DNA of 64,000 bases from an uncultured cyanobacterium (GTDB taxonomy: Bacteria; Cyanobacteriota; Cyanobacteriia; PCC-6307; Cyanobiaceae). Position numbers and translations under genes: made by a program. Position 1 is the stretch's first letter, and each line of letters opens with the position of its first letter. The notes below the pieces were generated by a model that was not told where the DNA came from, made no database searches, and worked only from the letters and a program-made list of their open reading frames with translations. The DNA lies in the NCBI GenBank assembly GCA_963697335.1, contig CAVONQ010000018.1, forward strand, positions 64,001 through 128,000, written 5' to 3'. Below, in pieces: positions 59,905 to 64,000 of the stretch.

Positions 59905-62900
59905 TCAGAGCCACTCCCTGCCCACCGGCGCGAATGGATCGGGACCGCTGAGTGGTCCTGCCGGCGAGATCAGGTCCTGGGGCGAAGCGGCAGGGGACTG
60001 CACCCCCTGGGATGGTGCAGCCGAGAACGTGGCGATCTCCGAACCGGCCGTGCTGCCACGGGCGTCGCTGCCGCCGGCAGGGGTGGGGGCTGGCGGGGGC
60101 GTTGCTGAGTTCGTTTCTGAGGGCGTTGGGGTGGGGCTGCCGGTGATCGGATCCACAGGGCTGGCCAGCCTCCCATCTGCCGCAAGCCCCGGGGCGTTGG
60201 AGCCGCCGACTTGGCTGGAGCTGAAGCGGCCCGCCTCGCTGATCGCGTTGCCAGCCACGGGCAAGCCGGTCAGTTCGTCGACCGGGGACCCTGCGGTGGT
60301 GGTGCTGTCCTGCGGGATTGTGAGAGCGCTGCTCTCTCCGGGAGAGGAGGCGGCGCCGGAGAGCGATTCAGCCGATTGAAAGGCGACATCCACCCAATAG
60401 TTGCTGGCGTTGTAAGACTGATTGGGCATCAACAATTCGGTGCCATACCGGTAGAAGCCGTTGCTGCTGGTCCCATCGCTCTGGGGAGCGCTCAGCACGC
60501 CCGTGGGTTCACTGAAGCTTTCATTGTCAAGTCCGTCAAAGTCAAGCTCTCCAGCTGGGGTGAAGAAATTGCTGCTGGCGATATAATTGTTGTATGTCCT
60601 GTAGGACACCACGTAGCTCTCGCCGGCCAGAACGTCAACGGGCGTGTTGAGATCTGCTCTCTGCCAGCCCCATTGGTCTGGTGTGGATGTGATCTCGGTT
60701 GAGCCAAGCAGGAGTCCGTCAGACGAGCGCCAGACATGCAGGTTGCGGGTGTCCGTGTCGCTGGCATCGTCGATGTGACGATAGTACTTCAGTGCAGTGA
60801 TCTGGCCCCCTTGACTGACGCTGAATGCCATGCCCAGCTCCAGGGCTGTGTTGTCGTTGAACAGGCTTCCATTGATGCTGACTCCCGACCTGTCCAGGAT
60901 GCTGAGTCTGCTGTCAGCGTCGTCATTGAGGATGGTCCCTGTGGCGGCAGCGGTGGCGATTGAGGTGTTGGTTGGATTGGAGAGGGAAACACTGAAGTCC
61001 TCATCAGGTTCAGCGCTGAGATCAGCGGCCACGTTGACGGTGATGACCTGGCTCGTTTCACCCGCGGCGAAGGTCACGGTGCCGGAGGGCAGTGTGCCGT
61101 CGAAATCGGAGGGGGCCGCCGGGTTACTGCCGGACCCGCTGACACTCCAGGTCACGGAGCTGGTACTGCTTGTGTCGCCACTGCGGTTGACGGTGAAGCT
61201 GTAGGCGGTTGAGCCGGTGTCTCCTTCTGGCTTGATCGCATCGCTGGCGATGATGGTAAGGGAAGAAAGTGGTGCGGTGGCCACGACGAAGGTGACATCC
61301 GCCCAGTAGTTGGAGGCTCCAAAGGTGTTGTTGGGCAGAATCAGATCAGTGCCAACCCTGTAGACCCCGTTGCCGCCGCTGCCCGGACCACTGACCACCG
61401 AGCTCTGGGGAGCGGTGAGAAGGCCGAACGGATCGGTGAAGGCATCGTCGTCGATGCCATCAAAGGTGATCTCGTTGTCTGGACTGAAGAAGCCGCTGGT
61501 TGAGAAGTAGTTGTTGTCTGTGGTGTAGGAGACGACATACTCCGCTCCGGTGCTGACGTCGATGGGAGTGGAGAGAGCAGCTCTCTGCCAGCCGGATTGA
61601 CCCGGGCCGGAGGTGAAGCTGACGGTGCCGAGCAGGGAGCCATCCGATCGACGCCAGAGGCGGCCAGTGCGCAGGTCGGTGTCGCCGGCATCGGCGGCAT
61701 CACGGTAATACCTGAGTTCGGTGATGGTTCCCGCCTGGGTGGGGCTGAACGCCATGCCGAGCTCCAGGGGGACATTGTCATTGAAGAGCTGGCCGTTGAG
61801 CGGCAGAGCCGGATTGAAGAGGCTGACGCTGGTGGGAGTCTCGGTGACGGTGACGGGGGTGGAGGTCACCGATTCGGCAAAGCCCTGGCCATCGGTGTAG
61901 CTCACCTGGACACGCACCTGCTGGTCCTGATCGGCTTGGTTCAGGGTGTAGGTGCTGGCATTGGTGCCGATGGGATTCCAGGTGATGCCGTTGCTGCTGG
62001 ATTGCCAGTTGTAGGCAAAGGTGCCATTGCCGTTGGGGTCATCGGCCGTTGTGGTGGTGGCCAGGATGCCGCCGACGGCGGCGGTGCCGGCGATCGCGAA
62101 GACCGCCGCACCGCCATTGACGGGAGGCAGCGAAACGCCGGGCGCAAAGGTGACATCCGCCCAGTAGTTGGAGGCTCCAAAGGTGTTGTTGGGCAGAATC
62201 AGATCAGTGCCAACCCTGTAGACCCCGTTGCCGCCGCTGCCCGGACCACTGACCACCGAGCTCTGGGGAGCGGTGAGAAGGCCGAACGGATCGGTGAAGG
62301 CATCGTCGTCGATGCCATCAAAGGTGATCTCGTTGTCTGGACTGAAGAAGCCGCTGGTTGAGAAGTAGTTGTTGTCTGTGGTGTAGGAGACGACATACTC
62401 CGCTCCGGTGCTGACGTCGATGGGAGTGGAGAGAGCAGCTCTCTGCCAGCCGGATTGACCCGGGCCGGAGGTGAAGCTGACGGTGCCGAGCAGGGAGCCA
62501 TCCGATCGACGCCAGAGGCGGCCAGTGCGCAGGTCGGTGTCGCCGGCATCGGCGGCATCACGGTAATACCTGAGTTCGGTGATGGTTCCCGCCTGGGTGG
62601 GGCTGAACGCCATGCCGAGCTCCAGGGGGACATTGTCATTGAAGAGCTGGCCGTTGAGCGGCAGAGCCGGATTGAAGAGGCTGACGCTGGTGGGAGTCTC
62701 GGTGACGGTGACGGGGGTGGAGGTCACCGATTCGGCAAAGCCCTGGCCATCGGTGTAGCTCACCTGGACACGCACCTGCTGGTCCTGATCGGCTTGGTTC
62801 AGGGTGTAGGTGCTGGCATTGGTGCCGATGGGATTCCAGGTGATGCCGTTGCTGCTGGATTGCCAGTTGTAGGCAAAGGTGCCATTGCCGTTGGGGTCAT

Positions 62901-64000
62901 CGGCCGTTGTGGTGGTGGCCAGGATGCCGCCGACGGCGGCGGTGCCGGCGATCGCGAAGACCGCCGCACCGCCATTGACGGGAGGCAGCGAAACGCCGGG
63001 CGCAAAGGTGACATCCGCCCAGTAGTTGGAGGCTCCAAAGGTGTTGTTGGGTAGAACGAGATCGTCGCCAACCTTGTAGACGCCATTGCCACCAGTGGCA
63101 GGACCGCGGACCACCGTGCTTTGGGGGGCTTGGAGAAGGCCGAACGGATCGCTGAAGGCGTCGTTGTCGATGCCATCGAAGGCGATCTCGTTTGCAGGAT
63201 GAAAGAAGTTATTGGTTGAAAGGTAGTAGTTTTCTGTGATATAGGAGACGATGTACTCCGCTCCAGCGCTGACCTCGATGGGCGCGGGTAGTGCGGCGCT
63301 CTGCCATCCGGACTGGCCCGGACTGGAGGTGAAGGTGACCGTGCCGAGTAGGGAGCCATCCGAGCTGCGCCACAGGCGGCCGGTGCGCACGTCGGTGTTA
63401 CCGGCATCGACGGCGTCACGGTAATACCTGAGTTCGGTGATCGCCCCGGCCTGGGTGGGGCTGAACTTCATGCCAAGCTCGTAGACGGCATTGTCATTGA
63501 AGAGCAGTCCGTCGACCGGGTAGGTCGGATCGAACAGGCTCACAGTGTCCGGGGTGATGGCACCGGTCACCGTGACTGTGCTCTCAGCAAGGCTGAGGTT
63601 GGCACTATTGAGGCTGTCATCAATGGCACGAACCTGGATCGTGACGGTGCCCGGGCTGGTGGGTCGCCACGAGTAGCTCCAGTTGGTTGTGCCCTGGGCC
63701 AGCCTCCAGGTGTTTCCAGCGTCGAAGGAGATTTCCACGGCGGCGACGATGCCGTCGTCGCTGGAATCGGCGGAGGTGCCGTTGTCATCCACGGCCGTAC
63801 CGGTGATCAGCACGGAAGCCAGAGCGGACACCTCGCTGGGGAGGGGGTTGAGGGTGGCCGTTGCCCCGATCGCATCGGTGCTGGCGAAGGCACGCACCAG
63901 GTTCTGGCTGAGGAGCACCGCATCCGCCACGCCGGGCTGGATGCCCATGTCGGCAAACAGATTGAGGGTGAATTGTTGAAGTGCCCGGTTTTCTATGTCG
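59905..64000 (-). CDS. Giant multidomain extracellular-type protein (Ig-like, four DUF4082-like modules, Calx-beta, P/S/T-rich tail), 5' partial
   Basis: Frame open to the window end; ELGM.F..G.ITELRYY..GWQ..YVVSY..NYWADV.F repeated four times; EGD.G..F.V.RSG..GTVTFAAGET Calx-beta. Confidence 0.88.
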   Translation of the reverse strand, partial: DIENRALQQFTLNLFADMGIQPGVADAVLLSQNLVRAFASTDAIGATATLNPLPSEVSALASVLITGTAVDDNGTSADSSDDGIVAAVEISFDAGNTWRLAQGTTNWSYSWRPTSPGTVTIQVRAIDDSLNSANLSLAESTVTVTGAITPDTVSLFDPTYPVDGLLFNDNAVYELGMKFSPTQAGAITELRYYRDAVDAGNTDVRTGRLWRSSDGSLLGTVTFTSSPGQSGWQSAALPAPIEVSAGAEYIVSYITENYYLSTNNFFHPANEIAFDGIDNDAFSDPFGLLQAPQSTVVRGPATGGNGVYKVGDDLVLPNNTFGASNYWADVTFAPGVSLPPVNGGAAVFAIAGTAAVGGILATTTTADDPNGNGTFAYNWQSSSNGITWNPIGTNASTYTLNQADQDQQVRVQVSYTDGQGFAESVTSTPVTVTETPTSVSLFNPALPLNGQLFNDNVPLELGMAFSPTQAGTITELRYYRDAADAGDTDLRTGRLWRRSDGSLLGTVSFTSGPGQSGWQRAALSTPIDVSTGAEYVVSYTTDNNYFSTSGFFSPDNEITFDGIDDDAFTDPFGLLTAPQSSVVSGPGSGGNGVYRVGTDLILPNNTFGASNYWADVTFAPGVSLPPVNGGAAVFAIAGTAAVGGILATTTTADDPNGNGTFAYNWQSSSNGITWNPIGTNASTYTLNQADQDQQVRVQVSYTDGQGFAESVTSTPVTVTETPTSVSLFNPALPLNGQLFNDNVPLELGMAFSPTQAGTITELRYYRDAADAGDTDLRTGRLWRRSDGSLLGTVSFTSGPGQSGWQRAALSTPIDVSTGAEYVVSYTTDNNYFSTSGFFSPDNEITFDGIDDDAFTDPFGLLTAPQSSVVSGPGSGGNGVYRVGTDLILPNNTFGASNYWADVTFVVATAPLSSLTIIASDAIKPEGDTGSTAYSFTVNRSGDTSSTSSVTWSVSGSGSNPAAPSDFDGTLPSGTVTFAAGETSQVITVNVAADLSAEPDEDFSVSLSNPTNTSIATAAATGTILNDDADSRLSILDRSGVSINGSLFNDNTALELGMAFSVSQGGQITALKYYRHIDDASDTDTRNLHVWRSSDGLLLGSTEITSTPDQWGWQRADLNTPVDVLAGESYVVSYRTYNNYIASSNFFTPAGELDFDGLDNESFSEPTGVLSAPQSDGTSSNGFYRYGTELLMPNQSYNASNYWVDVAFQSAESLSGAASSPGESSALTIPQDSTTTAGSPVDELTGLPVAGNAISEAGRFSSSQVGGSNAPGLAADGRLASPVDPITGSPTPTPSETNSATPPPAPTPAGGSDARGSTAGSEIATFSAAPSQGVQSPAASPQDLISPAGPLSGPDPFAPVGREWL
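61289..63051. repeat. Intragenic tandem duplication, 858-bp unit (about 2.05 copies)
   Basis: 61289-62193 matches 62147-63051 by eye; ORF-track translations are identical at an 858-bp offset. Confidence 0.93.

Overview
GC-rich picocyanobacterial (Cyanobium/Synechococcus-like) chromosome segment. About 1-34 kb is core housekeeping: uvrA, purT, mraY, argG, rpsF, aroE (broken by a 1-bp frameshift), dnaK, pstS, psbQ, purU, a ClC channel, acnB, DAHP synthase, a group 2 sigma factor and ppk1. About 34-60 kb is a large nitrogen-assimilation island. It opens with sucrose-phosphate synthase and an in-frame sucrose-phosphate-phosphatase/MoaC fusion. It continues with moeA, moaE, moaD, moaB, moaA, mobA, nrtP, narB, narM, a TrpD/CnaT-like gene, nirA, a HEAT-repeat/SirB-chelatase fusion, cobA, focA, cynS and a cupin. 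It ends with a circularly permuted ATP-grasp / alpha-E / transglutaminase operon. Nine NtcA-like boxes and several unannotated 33-75 aa ORFs are interspersed in the island. The window ends inside a giant secreted-type protein (DUF4082-like repeats, Calx-beta) that carries an apparently identical 858-bp tandem duplication. No rRNA, tRNA, CRISPR array or transposase was recognised. All calls come from reading motifs by eye; no database searches were run.
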